A stretch of 58,906 nucleotides of DNA, the filler included, from Porpidia crustulata (taxonomy: Eukaryota), in assembly GCA_964255105.1 (NCBI GenBank). It is 8 parts of 8 records of this genome, joined end to end, with 100 filler letters (N's around TTAATTAATTAA, not from the genome) between each part and the next. Parts side by side here need not be neighbours in the genome. Positions count along the whole stretch, not along the records: positions 36,929 to 44,192 come from CAXUWE010001365.1; positions 44,293 to 51,556 come from CAXUWE010001366.1; 6 more parts are not named here. One strand, given 5' to 3'. Position 1 is the first letter of the stretch, and every line of letters starts with the position of its first letter. Both the position numbers and the translations under genes were made by a program. The notes beneath the pieces are model-generated. The model ran no database searches. It worked only from the letters and a program-made list of their open reading frames with translations, and was not told where the DNA came from. Shown here piece by piece: positions 40,034-51,556 of the stretch.

Positions 40034-42173
40034 CTATTTCTTGGCATCCTCTTTGATCATATCGGCCGCCTTCTCTGCCACTGCGTACACAAGGGTTTGG
40101 ACTAAAGGCAATCTCCGTCAGTATCATATCTGACTATCCGCGTCATGAGCGAGATCAACAGGGGTTTGCTTACTGTTTGCGCGGACTTGCATAGGAAAGA
40201 TACTCGCATCCACAACTCGCAGGTTACTTGTGCCGTACACCTTCAATCGCGCGTCGACCACGCCACCTTTGTGGCGGGGACTCATAGCGCAAGTCCCACA
40301 AGGGTGATATTCAACAGCCACGGTACTTCTCACAAACTCTCTGACATTGGCTTCGGTGAGCTCATAGAAACCGGGCTGGTGAACCGTCCCCTTTCCCTTG
40401 AATAGTGAGGCTAGCGGTTCAGCCTTGGCCACAGTCTGTAGGTGTAGCATTATATCGGCAAATATTTCTAGATCGACCTCGGCCCCTAGGTAATTGGGGT
40501 CAATCACGGGGTAGATCGTCGGGTCTGAGCTATTGATGTGCACGGATCCTCGTGAGAAAGGATGCTCAAGAATAGCCAAGAGTCCAGCGTACATCCCAGG
40601 TAACGTATTGGTCAGATACTTCGACGCATCGGCCGAAGCTGCCGGAGTCAATCCGTTTGAGAGAAGGATGTGTTGTGCGCTGGACTCATGCGGGCTGAGA
40701 GTTTTCCTGCGGGTGAGTTCATATTGGTGAGCCAGCCCTGGATTCGCTGCTGCCTGAGCCGGAGTGAGAATCGTATCGATTCCTTTGGGTACTTTGCCCT
40801 TGTTTTCCGCTGGCAGCATCTGCGCATAACTCAATAACGCACTGGAGCAAATCCCATCCGATAGAGGCCCTGTATGGTTTGCGTTGTACTCCGCCAGTGC
40901 CTCTTCAAACAAAGTCACATTTTTGAAGACATCATTAGTAATGACGCCGTCCGCGGCTTCGTACGACAGCGGAACGAGCGGATGATCTTGCAGGTTTTCG
41001 CCGACATACTCATTTTCATAAAGGACACCGATGCCGTACTCCTCTAGGATCTTTGACGACCCAATGCCAGAGAGCTCTAGGATCTTTGGGCTCTCAAACA
41101 CCCCGGCGGAGATGATAACTTCCTTTTTAGCTTTGACAGTGTAGTTCTTACCCCTAGCATTGAATTCGAGGCCGGTAGCCACAAGCTGGTCCTTCCTTTC
41201 GAACTCGACCTTTTGAACGAGTGCTTCTGTTATGACATGTAGATTTGAGCGAGACGCTACTGGTTTGTAGTATGCCACGCCTGCGTGGCTCCGAGTCCGA
41301 GTGTGCTGATTAACAGCGATCGGATTGCTGAAACCGCCAAGAGCCAGTCCGCCTTTGGGATCCCCATCGACACCAAGGCCTAGCATCTGATATGTGCGCC
41401 ACCAATATTCCGCAAATATTCCGTAGTATTCGGGATAAGCATTGATGACAGGGCCGTGCTCCCCGTGGACGGAAGGGTCGGTGAAGCTTACTCCTAGATC
41501 CTCCGCTGTCTTCTGCGTGGGCGCATCGTATGTCTCCGATTTCATGAAATACGGTAAAAGTGACTTCCAACTCCAGCCATCGTTACCCAATTGACCCCAA
41601 TCATCGATGTCGGCTTGGGAGGCGTGTGTCCAGAACATGAGATTGATGGCAGAGGTACCGCCAAGCTGTTTGCCGCGTGGATGTCCAATCACTCGGTTGT
41701 TAAGTTTGACCTACATATGAAGCTCAGTCTGTGGTCTTCGAGAGGTAAATACCTCAGGTGCTCGAGAGTATACCTGAGGAACGGTTTTAAAGTCCTTATA
41801 CGATCATGATTCGTCAGTCCATGAAGCCAGAACCCACAAGGCTGCGGCATGGATCATACCCAGTCATACGTGCTATTGCCGAACATGGATAAAACCAAGC
41901 CTGGAGTAAGGACATTGGGGTCATCGATGAGATTTTTCCCCTTCTCGGATCAGCTTTACTCAAAGAGGATGGGACACATCATAACAACAGCTTCAACAAC
42001 AGCGACAGTAACCCTCGGATTCTCGCTCAGACGATTGGCAAGTGCCAACCCTGCTGTACCACCACCGGCTATGACATCTAATGGACCTGAGTAGAAACGA
42101 TGAGAATGGATGGGCTAGATTTACAGTCATAGCTCGTAGAACAGAAGGATTCAAGAGAGAGGAGGGAAGTCAT
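40034..42173 (-). CDS. GMC (glucose-methanol-choline) oxidoreductase, CAZy AA3-like, about 6 exons
   Basis: Spliced model MTSLLSLESFCSTSYD|YVIAGGGTAGLALANRLSE (FAD-binding), PRGKQLGGTSAIN, EVIISAGVFESPKILELSGIG, VGENLQDH, HPFSRGSVHI, EYHPCGT, GGVVDARLKVYGTSNLRVVDAS, and RAN|IQTLVYAVAEKAADMI. Catalytic His/Asn pair. Confidence 0.93.
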
Positions 42174-43111
42174 ATTTGTGCATTCACATATAGTGGAAGG
42201 AGGACGCTCGAAAGACTATCGATTGCAGTGATTTGTACTCTGGTTACTAGGAAAGAGCGAATAAAAACTCGACTTTGGAGAAATCTCAATATTCGGATTT
42301 GTCAAAGGCTTCAGAGGTTATATATCCATTAGAATGCGTACACTCATTGTGGAGTCACAGTAGCTGAATGTGATATACACCACATTATAGGAAGCTGATT
42401 TGATATGAAAAGCGAGCAGTGATAGACAGTGCCCACAAAAATGACATTTTACCCCATTAGGGACAGCATCGCCGAAGCGCACATCTTACTCAGAAGACGC
42501 CATGACACTAGGAAAATAGATGTATACGGACGGCAAGACGATAGATCGGAAAGGAATGTTCAGCATCAGTAGACATATCTTGCCTTAATGTCCGGCCTAG
42601 GCGTAGTGCCATGCATTGTCATGCAGAATCGATTTCCAAGATGTGAGTAACAACCCGCTGGGTGAGATCTGTCGAACCATTACTGGGCTTTGATTACTGA
42701 GCGTTCGTGTCCATGACCACTCCTGGTGCCTCGCTATGCTGGGTGGCTGGAACCTCGGTTGGCACCAGCAGCTTCGCCGAGATGTAGAGGCCGACAGGAG
42801 GCTGCTCGAGGCTACAAGTCTCATGCTTGGGCTTCAGCTTGAGCTGGAGCTTGCGGTTGTGTACCGAACCTGATTAGTTACCGTGATGTTGAATAAACAA
42901 TCGGCAATGTGACACCCATCTTGATCACAAATAGCGATCAAGTCGGATGAGTCAGCCCATGAAACGTCCACACTCGGAAAACAATGCAACACCAGAATCA
43001 CCTGAGAGACTCCCGTTGGTCTTAAAGAAGCGCCAGAAGGAACACGCAGCCCACCAGCTAGAGAAAGCGGAGAGTAAATGAGGGTTGCTGCCATCCAGCA
43101 TTGCAAAGAAG

Positions 43112-44192
43112 ATGAGTGATCTTCAGCGCTCATTCGCCAAGGCCAAACTCGCTGGCTTACCTTCCGAAGTGCCTCTACCATCAAACATAATCCAAGAAGA
43201 ATATGAGGAAGAGGACGGAGGGGACGAAGAGGGCGATGATCTGAGACCTTTGCCGCATTCAATACCAGACGACGATGACTCATCCGCATCCTCTGCATCA
43301 TCGGCGTCGTCAACTGGGACAATCAGACCATCGCCGAGTAAGCATCTCTTTGCTAGACCTAAGGGGTTCGTGGAGTCCAATTTGAGCTGTCTCATAGCAT
43401 TGGCGCTCATGAATGTCTTCATAATACGTCTTCAAAATTTCACATCTGCTGTCTCATAAAAATCTTCTTGATCAAAGCCAAAGGCTCGCTACAGGATATC
43501 CAGACTCTGATTCCTCCCCCTCATCTAGTTCCCCAACCTCGAAACAGCCTCTAGGAGAACTCCCGTGGCGTGACTATTTCACCCAAGAGCTCTACTTGGA
43601 GAACGTCCGCACGACGGAGACCATCACCCACCACGCTTACCTCACGCCACCCACAGCCAAAGGCCCCCTATTCGTCACCCACCATGGAGCCGGGTCCTCA
43701 GGCCTTTCTTTTGCTCTGTTCGCTTCCGCTCTCCGCAAAGCTCTCCCAGACGCCGGCGTCCTATCTATCGATGTGAGGGGCCACGGGGAGACGACCGTTA
43801 AGACGTCGGATCCCTCGATCCCAGGTGACAGGCTCCTGGATCTCCGCCTCGAAACTCTGGGCCGCGATTTGTTCGACGTCATCCGACTGGCCCAAGAGAA
43901 AATGGCCTGGACCGAAATGCCTGGTTTGATACTTGTAGGCCACAGCTTCGGCGGAGCCGTGGTGACTGACCTCGCTGCGAGCCGGCGATTGGGCGACGCG
44001 GTCTTGGGCTACGCCGTCCTCGACATCGTTGAAGGTGGACTCGCCACCGAACCCTGCACCCATCTTCAAGCTCGTAGGCAAACAAGTCTAATCACCGGCA
44101 TCCAGGTTCCGCAATCGAGGCCCTTCAAAGCATGCAAGCCTACCTCTCCACCCGCCCCAAATCCTTCACTTCCATCTCCTCTGCAATAGAAT
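43112..44192 (+). CDS. PPE1: Protein phosphatase methylesterase 1 (PME-1/Ppe1), 3'-truncated by the contig end
   Basis: MSDLQRSFAKAKL and an acidic DDDDSSASSASS N-terminus, then LPWRDYF, GPLFVTHHGAGSSGLSFA, DVRGHGET, LVGHSFGGAV (nucleophile elbow) and VLDIVEG|SAIEALQSMQAYLSTRP. Confidence 0.93.
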
Positions 44193-44292
44193 NNNNNNNN
44201 NNNNNNNNNNNNNNNNNNNNNNNNNNNNNNNNNNNNTTAATTAATTAANNNNNNNNNNNNNNNNNNNNNNNNNNNNNNNNNNNNNNNNNNNN
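44193..44292. other. Artificial contig spacer
   Basis: 44 N + TTAATTAATTAA + 44 N. Confidence 0.98.
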
Positions 44293-44654
44293 AAAATATC
44301 CAACCGCATGCTTCCAGTAACGGACGCCCGCCCCTGCATCTTGACATTTTCCTTATCTAGCTATCGTTGCGGTTGTGTAGCGGAAATGTGGAGATAAAAG
44401 ATATAGGGAGGTGGTATTGGTAAGTATAGATAATCTTATGGCGAAGGCTTGATGCTCGAAATTTCCTCTTTTTTCCTTTCTTTTCTTTTCCTCCTTTTTT
44501 CACCTTGTTCTTTCCACTGGCTTGCCTCTGCTTTTAGCGTTTTCTCCTTTCGAATTCAATGTCTGTTCGCGCTTGATGCCTGACAATGATGCTTGATATT
44601 GTGGGATGTCGACGTGAACGAGAGAAGATTAACAAAGAATGTGTGTGTTGTGAA

Positions 44655-44835
44655 TGAAAATGAGAGAGGAGGAGAAGGGAATGGTAAAGAAAAAGAGGAG
44701 AAAGAAGAGAAGAGAAGAGAAGAGAATGAAGAGAAGAGAGAAGAGAGAAGAGAGAAGAGAAGAGATAGAAAGAGCAAAAAGAGAGAAAGACATAAAGATG
44801 CGATTGCTCGCTTGATAAGCGAGAAAGAAGAAGGA
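44655..44835 (+). repeat. Purine-only low-complexity tract (GAAGA/GAGAA degenerate repeats)
   Basis: Long run almost entirely of A and G, e.g. gagaagagagaagagagaagagagaagaga. Confidence 0.8.
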
Positions 44836-45065
44836 TTGAACAATGATGTGAAGCAGAAGGAGTGAGGATGATAAGATAAGAAAAATGTTAAAAAATAGAA
44901 ACGCCAAGTCTCAAAACGCCTCCCCCTCCTCCCCAATCATCGGACGGCGAGAAAAGTAAAACAAGTAGCTTGATGCAATCTAGTTGAAATATCAGAATGA
45001 TGAGATGAAAGGAACATTGCAAGTGCATGCTATTGAAAAGTATTGAAAAGAGGACACTTCCTCGA

Positions 45066-46138
45066 TCAAGCAGGGGGACTTTCGTTAGTCTCTAGAGTAG
45101 GTGCATTGTCAAGCATCACGATACTGATGATATACTGAGGCCAGTCAACGTTGATCATCCACTGCTGAAATTCTGCAGCTGTTCTTTTGTTGGAAGGTAT
45201 CGAGATCTTGAAGAGCAATTCCTGCTTCTGGGGAGAGAATTTTGCGAAGGTTACTGACGGTTTATTTGGCGCCTTGATGTGAAACGGCTGTGTAGATAGA
45301 GGAGGTACCAGCCCTTGCGATATGCAATTGACCTCTCGAAAAAGCTCCTCGGCGGTGAAACGGCCCTACCTTACTTGAAGATTCTCCATCGCTATCTCCA
45401 GGGCCCGCAGGAAACGTCCAGAAGGGGGCAGGCTTTCGGACTTTTGAAGGCTGGCAGGTTTCCTTTTGGTACTGGCACTATAAACGCAGGCAGCAAGGAT
45501 CTCGTGCTCGCTGCTCAAAGCGGCGCCGCCTGCACCGCAGCATTCTAAGATGTACAATATGTTTCCCTGAATGTCTTTAAGGATTTTATCTATTTCGTCG
45601 AAGTGTATACCATAGTCTCCATTTTCAAATCTAGTTTGGCATCCTCTAATGATGGACTTCGATCAATTAGTTGATGTGTACAATATGGGAAAGGAGAATC
45701 TTACAAAATGATCAGCTCCTTCCGCTTTCCTATTACGGTCCGCTGACCAGCATTTGAGTACCCATGTCCGGTGTAGTATAATATACTCAAAGTGTGCTCT
45801 TTGGACGTCTCCCCGAATTTTTGTATCTCCGCAATGAAAGTCTCGTTGCTTAGATCGTGTCCAGAACCATAAATTCGAACAACATGAGCACTGTAATTGA
45901 ATTTCTCTTTTAGATATTCTTTGAAATGACACAAGTCTTTGTGGTTGTCACTTTTGGCGTTCTTCCAGCAAACAAGTAGAACTTGAACGTTTTCGGGCAG
46001 TCTTACGGCCTTTGAAAGAGCTTTCGCAAGTCCGTTATTGAATTGTTTCTTGTATTCCTCTGGAATTGCGTCTTTTGCCGCCTCCACCGCGTCTTCGATA
46101 ATGTAATCCATCATATCTATATTTTGAGAGGTAGCCAT
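45066..46138 (-). pseudogene. Caspase-fold (peptidase C14-like) protein with a single premature TAG, 2 exons
   Basis: VQVLLVCW...FNY...LSILYYTGHG (catalytic His), intron GTAAGA...CTAAT...TAG (~45704-45646), then GNILYILECCGAG (catalytic Cys) and EILAAC. In-frame TAG at 45366-45368, after which the frame stays open for ~100 codons (GRFTAEELF...EFQQWM...) to TGA 45066-45068. Confidence 0.78.
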
Positions 46139-47209
46139 ACTTACTGAAAGGAGAGGAAAGCAACTCCTCTTAAGGACGGGTCTAGAATTTAATTAAGAAA
46201 CTCTCGCATCCTTATAACAGCCGAACAGCAGGTAATTCCAGCCACGTTGGATACGTGAGCTGTTGAGACACTGGAGCTGATACAACATACTGAGATCTGA
46301 CCCGTTGTCATGAATAGCGACTGCGTCGTTTGTCTAGACGGCCGATGTTTTGTAGCCATAGAGATGTTCGATACTCAACAGACTTTCTTGTGGGAGACCA
46401 CGTTCATCGTGGCATTTTATATCTGACTTGTTGACCACCATCACAAGTAGGCCGTCATGATTGTTGCCATAGCAATACTTCTTACGATGACCGCATCTTA
46501 AGCGAATGCGCATCTCTGACAATTGGGGATCGTGATACGTAGCTGCTCGAGATGCAAGATCATAAAAGCGCAGTGACAGCGCATGATTTCTTCAAAACAC
46601 GCTAACATGCGAATCTGATGAGAAAGTCGTGCAAGATGATCTCGAGAAACATACTGACTCACTAGGGCTAAGTAAACCAAACAATAAGGCTAGATTCACC
46701 TGTTAGTCTAGCGAATTTCCTACCCAAGGATTCTGTTGATGATCCTTATAAATGACTAGAACTTGATTGAAGATTATAGAATTCGACAGGTTATTAAATT
46801 CAAGAAGTGCATATTTACTCATAGTCTGGACGACTTTGAGATAGTCACACCTTGACAGACTTTTGGAGGCAATTTCTACTGTCTACGCGTCCACACATGT
46901 CACTCTGAATTTGACTAATATAATGATAGATGCACTCACGTAATCAGATTTCGCTCGGCTTCTTATCTCGCGGGGTGATTGGGAGTGTGGGCAATTCTGA
47001 CTTTCATTCTCCATGTGGTTATTTCAACGCCCTTCAAATGTCTTCTGTATCTGTCATAGCCTTGACGTTGCACTCATCGGGAATTCGTCAACCACATGTC
47101 TGGAACGATTATTTGTAGGGGGTGCATCGAGTCCGTCTCGGTCAGCCGTATTCAGATATCAAGCATGGCTTCCCTGGTTGTGATTCTCACTCCCTTTGCA
47201 ATTATCAGC

Positions 47210-48753
47210 TTAAGAAGATCGATCGTGACGGTCTCGTCCGATCGAGGACTGGTATCTGTTCTGGTGTGTCGGCGTCGCTCTTCTTGGCCGCTTGCTGACC
47301 AAATTATTGCCGAGGGCGAGCTCGTCAGTAGACGTATCCGACTCCGCAAAGTTGGCTTCAACCGCCGTGGATAAAGAATTGCGGCTATTTTCCACCGTGC
47401 TGAACGGGGTCTGCTCGGCAGACCTGCGTTGCGCCATTTCGTTCGCAGCGGCGATGAACTGGTCTCGTTGTTCCTTAGCCCAGTCTCGGCCATTGCGGTA
47501 TGCCCTGGCTCCTTCTCGAAAGCGATCTGCAGTATCTCCTAAAGCAACTGAGCGTAGCTGAGTCATGTGATACCCTGGCTGACCACCAGGAAGCTTCGGC
47601 TCCGTAGGATGTGTTGCGTACATCTGAAGGTTACCATTCTGGTAGGTGTTCGCGATCGTGTACGCGTTCCCATCGTACACAGACGTCGAAGCTCCATAGT
47701 TCTGAAGTTGGTGCATGGCCCGGGCACCGACCGTTAGGTCATAGCAAGCTTGCCTCATGGCGACATCACCTCGTCCCTTGGCGCTCTTTCCCTCCACAAA
47801 GTAATTTGGGACAGCCAGTAGACTTGTGTCATTGGACGGAACAATGTATTTTCCGAGCTCATCACGGACCCGTGGATCAATTTGCTCAGGCTTGGCTCCA
47901 TAATATATGTCGGGCACTGGCTTCACAAGGTCTTTGTCCACAGGTTCTAAGTGACCGAAGGGAACGTCCGCCTCAGACGGATGCCGGTCGTCGCTGTCTC
48001 CTGCTATGATAGGGACGACTTTAGCCATAGCCTTCGGTTCAAACCGTGCTCGGTCGATCTTTTGCCCGAATTCCTCGAAGTCGGATTCTGAAAATTTTGA
48101 CGGCGAGAGAGATGGCCGTGGCTGAATGAGCCTCCGTCGTATGTCTTTTAAATTCGTTGATGGCGGTGGGTTACGGTCATCCCAAAATTCATACCCTTTA
48201 GGGTAGATGCCCCGGTCAATCAATTTCTGTTCGAAATCGCCGCTATAAACTGAGGACTTGCTGGATTTGGTGCCGCTCCGGTCCGAACCAGATGCTCGCT
48301 TCCGACTCTGCGAAGTAGATTGGCTCATCGCGTTGTCGACAGGAATAGGAAGGTTTGAATACTGAACGTCACAGCCAGTCAATCAGATACACTCACGCCA
48401 CGGATACATGATGAACATACGCCTCTGAGATGGGCCAAACTTGGGCCTCCGTGCCGAGCGAAGAATTTGATCTTATGGAGGTCCTGACTGGGTAGAGATG
48501 TTGTGATCGGCTTTCATAGTAAAGACGGACTGCACTTCGTATGGTCGATCCTGCGATCAAACTCTCTCAACGCACCACGGCTCAACCGGATCTTTGATAG
48601 TGTATCCCAGAAGCTAGGAGGTCGATGGCCAGAGCGAGCTCTCTTTTCAGGGCTCGACTCCTGTCTCTTCGCAACGGGTGATTGATCGTCAGTCGCAGGC
48701 CCGAGTGAGGTTCGCTGCCGCTTCCGTGAAGTCGGTTCCTCGAGATCAAACAT
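47210..48753 (-). pseudogene. Fungal PD-(D/E)XK nuclease-like protein; exon 1 has a premature TGA, exon 2 is open
   Basis: Exon 1 (48753-48421): PPSFWDTLSKIRLSRGALREFDRR, TGA 48514-48516, then KFFARHGGPSLAHLRG. Intron GTATGT...CAG (48420-48362). Exon 2: FEQKLID, PRPSLSPSKFS, KPVPDIYYGA (PD), PNYFVEGKS (ExK), RQACYD..GARAMHQLQ. An internal ATG at 48328 could still give a 372-aa product. Confidence 0.72.
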
Positions 48754-49129
48754 GAAACCTGATGAAAGCGGTTTGGTTGGGAGACAGGGCGGGTAACTTT
48801 AAGGACGTGATGGGTTAATCGCCCTGCGGCGCGTTGGCCGCGGGCAGCGCGGGGGTACGAGTGGATGAAAGTGTTGGCTTGGCAGGCTTTCAGGCACATG
48901 TGAATCAACGCGCACCACGCCATGGTACTTAAAGACTGGCTTTCTGCATCACCGAGTCAACCCTGCGAGACCTCAGTCGCTGAGTTCACTTGCCATGCTT
49001 GAAGTTATCCTGGTTCACTGCTGGTGGCGCCTACTCTAAATGTCAGGGTTGGCGCGCAACTGGATATGGCTAGTAGCTTTACTGGTGAACTCGCGTCGCT
49101 TGTAGAGGCACGTTCTAAGCAAAGATCTG

Positions 49130-50179
49130 ATGGATACCCATATTGTTCGGGTTCAGGAACTGCGGATAGGTCTAAAGTATCAATTAATCTGTAGATTGGG
49201 AGCAGGTACTTTCGGTGACGTCTATCTCGGTATCAAATCTTGTCATTTGACTGTCTAAACAAAACGCTTACATTTTAACAGGTAAGGATGTCGAGACTAA
49301 TAAAGAAGTGGCTATCAAACTCGAACATCATACGATCGTTCCCTCATTTCTCGAAGAGGAAGCGAACATTTATAGATCTCTTTCCGGATAGACGGGCTTT
49401 CCTCAGCTATACTGGGACGGAAATGAAGATGATTTCACGGTGATGGTGTTTGAACTCCTTGGACCTAACCTAGAAGACTCATTCAGATATTGCGAGAACC
49501 GATTTTCATTGAAGACGACATTGATAATTTTCGATCAATTACTCCGTCGGTTTGAAACCCTCCATTCCGTGCATTATCTCCATCGAGACGTCAAGCCGGA
49601 GAACTTCCTGATAGGGGTAGGAAGCAAGGGAATCTCATCTACATGACCGACTTGGGCCTTGCGATAGAACACCAACCCGACCCTACCATACACGGGGATA
49701 CCGCAGTTCGAGATCCTCATTTGATTGGCACGTGCAGGTATGCGAGCATAAAAGGCCATTTAGGGATAGGTAGGCAGCATTCCATGTCACACCGCATAGG
49801 TACATATCTAACTTCGATTGCAGCCCAGTCCTGCATCGAAGACTTGGAGTCGTTAGGGTATATGATGCTCTATTTCGTGCTTGGGTCCCTTCCATGGCAA
49901 GGACTGAAAGCTCCAACCCGGGAGCAAAAAAATCGGCTCGTTCTTGAGAAGAAACAGACGACTAGCGTGGCAGAGCTCTGTGGCGATCTTCCCCAGGAAT
50001 TTGCCATCTACATGAACTACGTGCGTGACCTACGCCACGAGAACAAACCAGACTATGGATATCTTCGGAGGTTCTTCCGCAATCTTTTCCTGCGGCAGGG
50101 ATTTGAGTATGACCAAGTCTTTGACTGAACCATCCGGGAATACCAGAGACAGAGCGCTGAAAGCCCGGACTATTCGTAG
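49130..50179 (+). pseudogene. Casein kinase 1-like protein kinase paralogue, disrupted
   Basis: LGAGTFGDVYLG, VAIKLE, MVFELLGPNLED, RFSLKT, LHRDVKPENFL, TDLGLA, LIGTCRYASI, EDLESLGYM, LPWQGLK, KPDYGYLR and FEYDQVFD. Lesions: TAG 49389-49391, a 1-nt deletion near 49631, and TGA 50126-50128 at the conserved FDW tryptophan. Confidence 0.9.
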
Positions 50180-50193
50180 TCCCGACAGTCCTT

Positions 50194-50246
50194 CTAGGGT
50201 TAGGGCTCACTAGATTTTTTAGGGTTGGCTGTCTCGTTTAGGGTTA
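50194..50246 (+). repeat. Degenerate interstitial telomere-like repeats (TTAGGG)
   Basis: CTAGGGTTAGGGC (50194-50206), TTAGGGTT (50219-50226) and TTAGGGTTA (50238-50246). Confidence 0.55.
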
Positions 50247-50468
50247 CGACTAAGGCTGTGGAACCGTCGGTCGCTCGCCCTTTTTACAAACGCCGAGGAT
50301 TCGTGAAATGACACTTGATCAATTGTCATCACAGAATTGCTTCGATAATAATGCCAAGACAAAGAAAGAGTAGAGAATCTGATTGAAGACTTAAAGGCAG
50401 TATGCAATCCCCATGGAAAGCATCATCTTTGACATCGTTTCAATTTCTCAATATCACTCAAGACCGCC

Positions 50469-51290
50469 ATGGAGACCGTTCTAGTAGTCGGAGCAACTGG
50501 TAACATTGGCGTATCAGCCGTCACGGCTGCGTTGAATTCCAAGCGCAATGTCTTGGCCATTGTTCGTAATCAAGATTCGGCCGACAAACTGATCAAGTAC
50601 ATTGGGTCCTCCGAGGGGATCACTTTCGCTGAAGCCAACATTCTTTCCGACTCGGGGGTTAAAGGTGTCGTTGATCGAGTCCGAGCTGGCAGGCTCCCAT
50701 CTTTTCAGCATGTATATTCATGCGGTCGGTTACCTATAAAATTCACAAGTCTATTCCGCGACTGACACTCCAATCAAGTTGGCGGCGAGTACACTACAAC
50801 TCCCCTCCAGGAGATCACCACCACCCGACTCCGCTCCAACTTCAACATCTCCTTCGAAGCCAACTTCTGTATGCCCTCCCAACCTTAAGTGAATCTAACA
50901 CCTTCTAACAAAAGACTCGCAGTCGCCTATCGTGACAGCATCGGTTACCTCCTCGAACAGAACAACCCCTTGAGCACATGGACCATCTGCACCGGCTCCC
51001 AGGGCGACCTAGCAACCCACCCAATCCCAGCCATAGCGCAAGGCGCCTTGTTTCCCATGGCCATCGCCGCCGCCCGTGAGAACGAATCCACGAACGTCCG
51101 CTTCAACGAAATCTACCTCGCGTACCGAGTCGAGGTGGACGAAGTCGCCGTTCAGCATGGGACGACGAAGGCATCGGACTTTGGAAAAGTGTATGAGTTG
51201 ATCCTAGCGGATCCTAAAGTCCGCGGTTCGCGCGTGAGGGTCGAGGATCTTGGGGATCTTGAGACGTTGAGGTATCAGAGGAGGTTTTAG
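50469..51290 (+). CDS. NAD(P)-binding Rossmann-fold oxidoreductase (atypical SDR/NmrA-like), 3 exons
   Basis: METVLVVGATGNIGVSAV (GxxGxxG). Two GT-AG introns join HVYSC|VGGEY...FEANF|FAYRDSIGYL in frame; ends NVRFNEIYL...YQRRF*. Confidence 0.87.
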
Positions 51291-51501
51291 TAGTGTGTCG
51301 TGCGACTTGCATGGTCGACATAGTCAAGACTGTCAAAATACTATATCTCACTGTCGACCTTCACTCAAATGGCAAACAGACTCAGCAGTTGGCTCTTTTC
51401 TTCTCTCCCCCTCTCAACCGCTCCACTGCACCTGTCAACCAACAACCAACACCCCAACATCCTCAACATAGCAAGTATCATCCAGCTTCAACGGCACTCC
51501 C

Positions 51502-51509
51502 GGGGGGGG

Positions 51510-51556
<47 letters not shown>
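51502..51556 (+). repeat. Poly-G run at contig end (possible sequencing artefact)
   Basis: About 55 nt of G with one C, directly abutting the spacer. Confidence 0.8.

Noticed and set aside
44556..44936. ORFs 44556-44936(-), 44593-44865(+) and 44629-44907(-) as membrane or charged proteins
   Set aside because: They are by-products of a purine-only low-complexity tract that lacks stop codons.
31886..50128. Alternative genetic code (TGA=Trp), suggested by five in-frame TGAs including one at the conserved CK1 FDW tryptophan
   Set aside because: Intact genes here end in TGA (4139, 9114, 37397) and use TGG for Trp. Several of the broken genes also carry TAA/TAG stops and frameshifts.
49130..50179. 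Housekeeping casein kinase I (HRR25/hhp1)
   Set aside because: Divergent motifs (DLG, SIKGHLG), no C-terminal tail and three inactivating lesions indicate a dead paralogue, so no gene symbol is assigned.
37397..51290. Secondary-metabolite cluster made of the hydrolase, GMC oxidoreductase and SDR
   Set aside because: There is no PKS, NRPS or terpene backbone gene, the SDR is on a different contig, and PPE1 is a housekeeping neighbour.
51502..51556. Functional G-quadruplex or poly-Gly ORF
   Set aside because: A homopolymer abutting a contig end is most simply a sequencing or assembly artefact.
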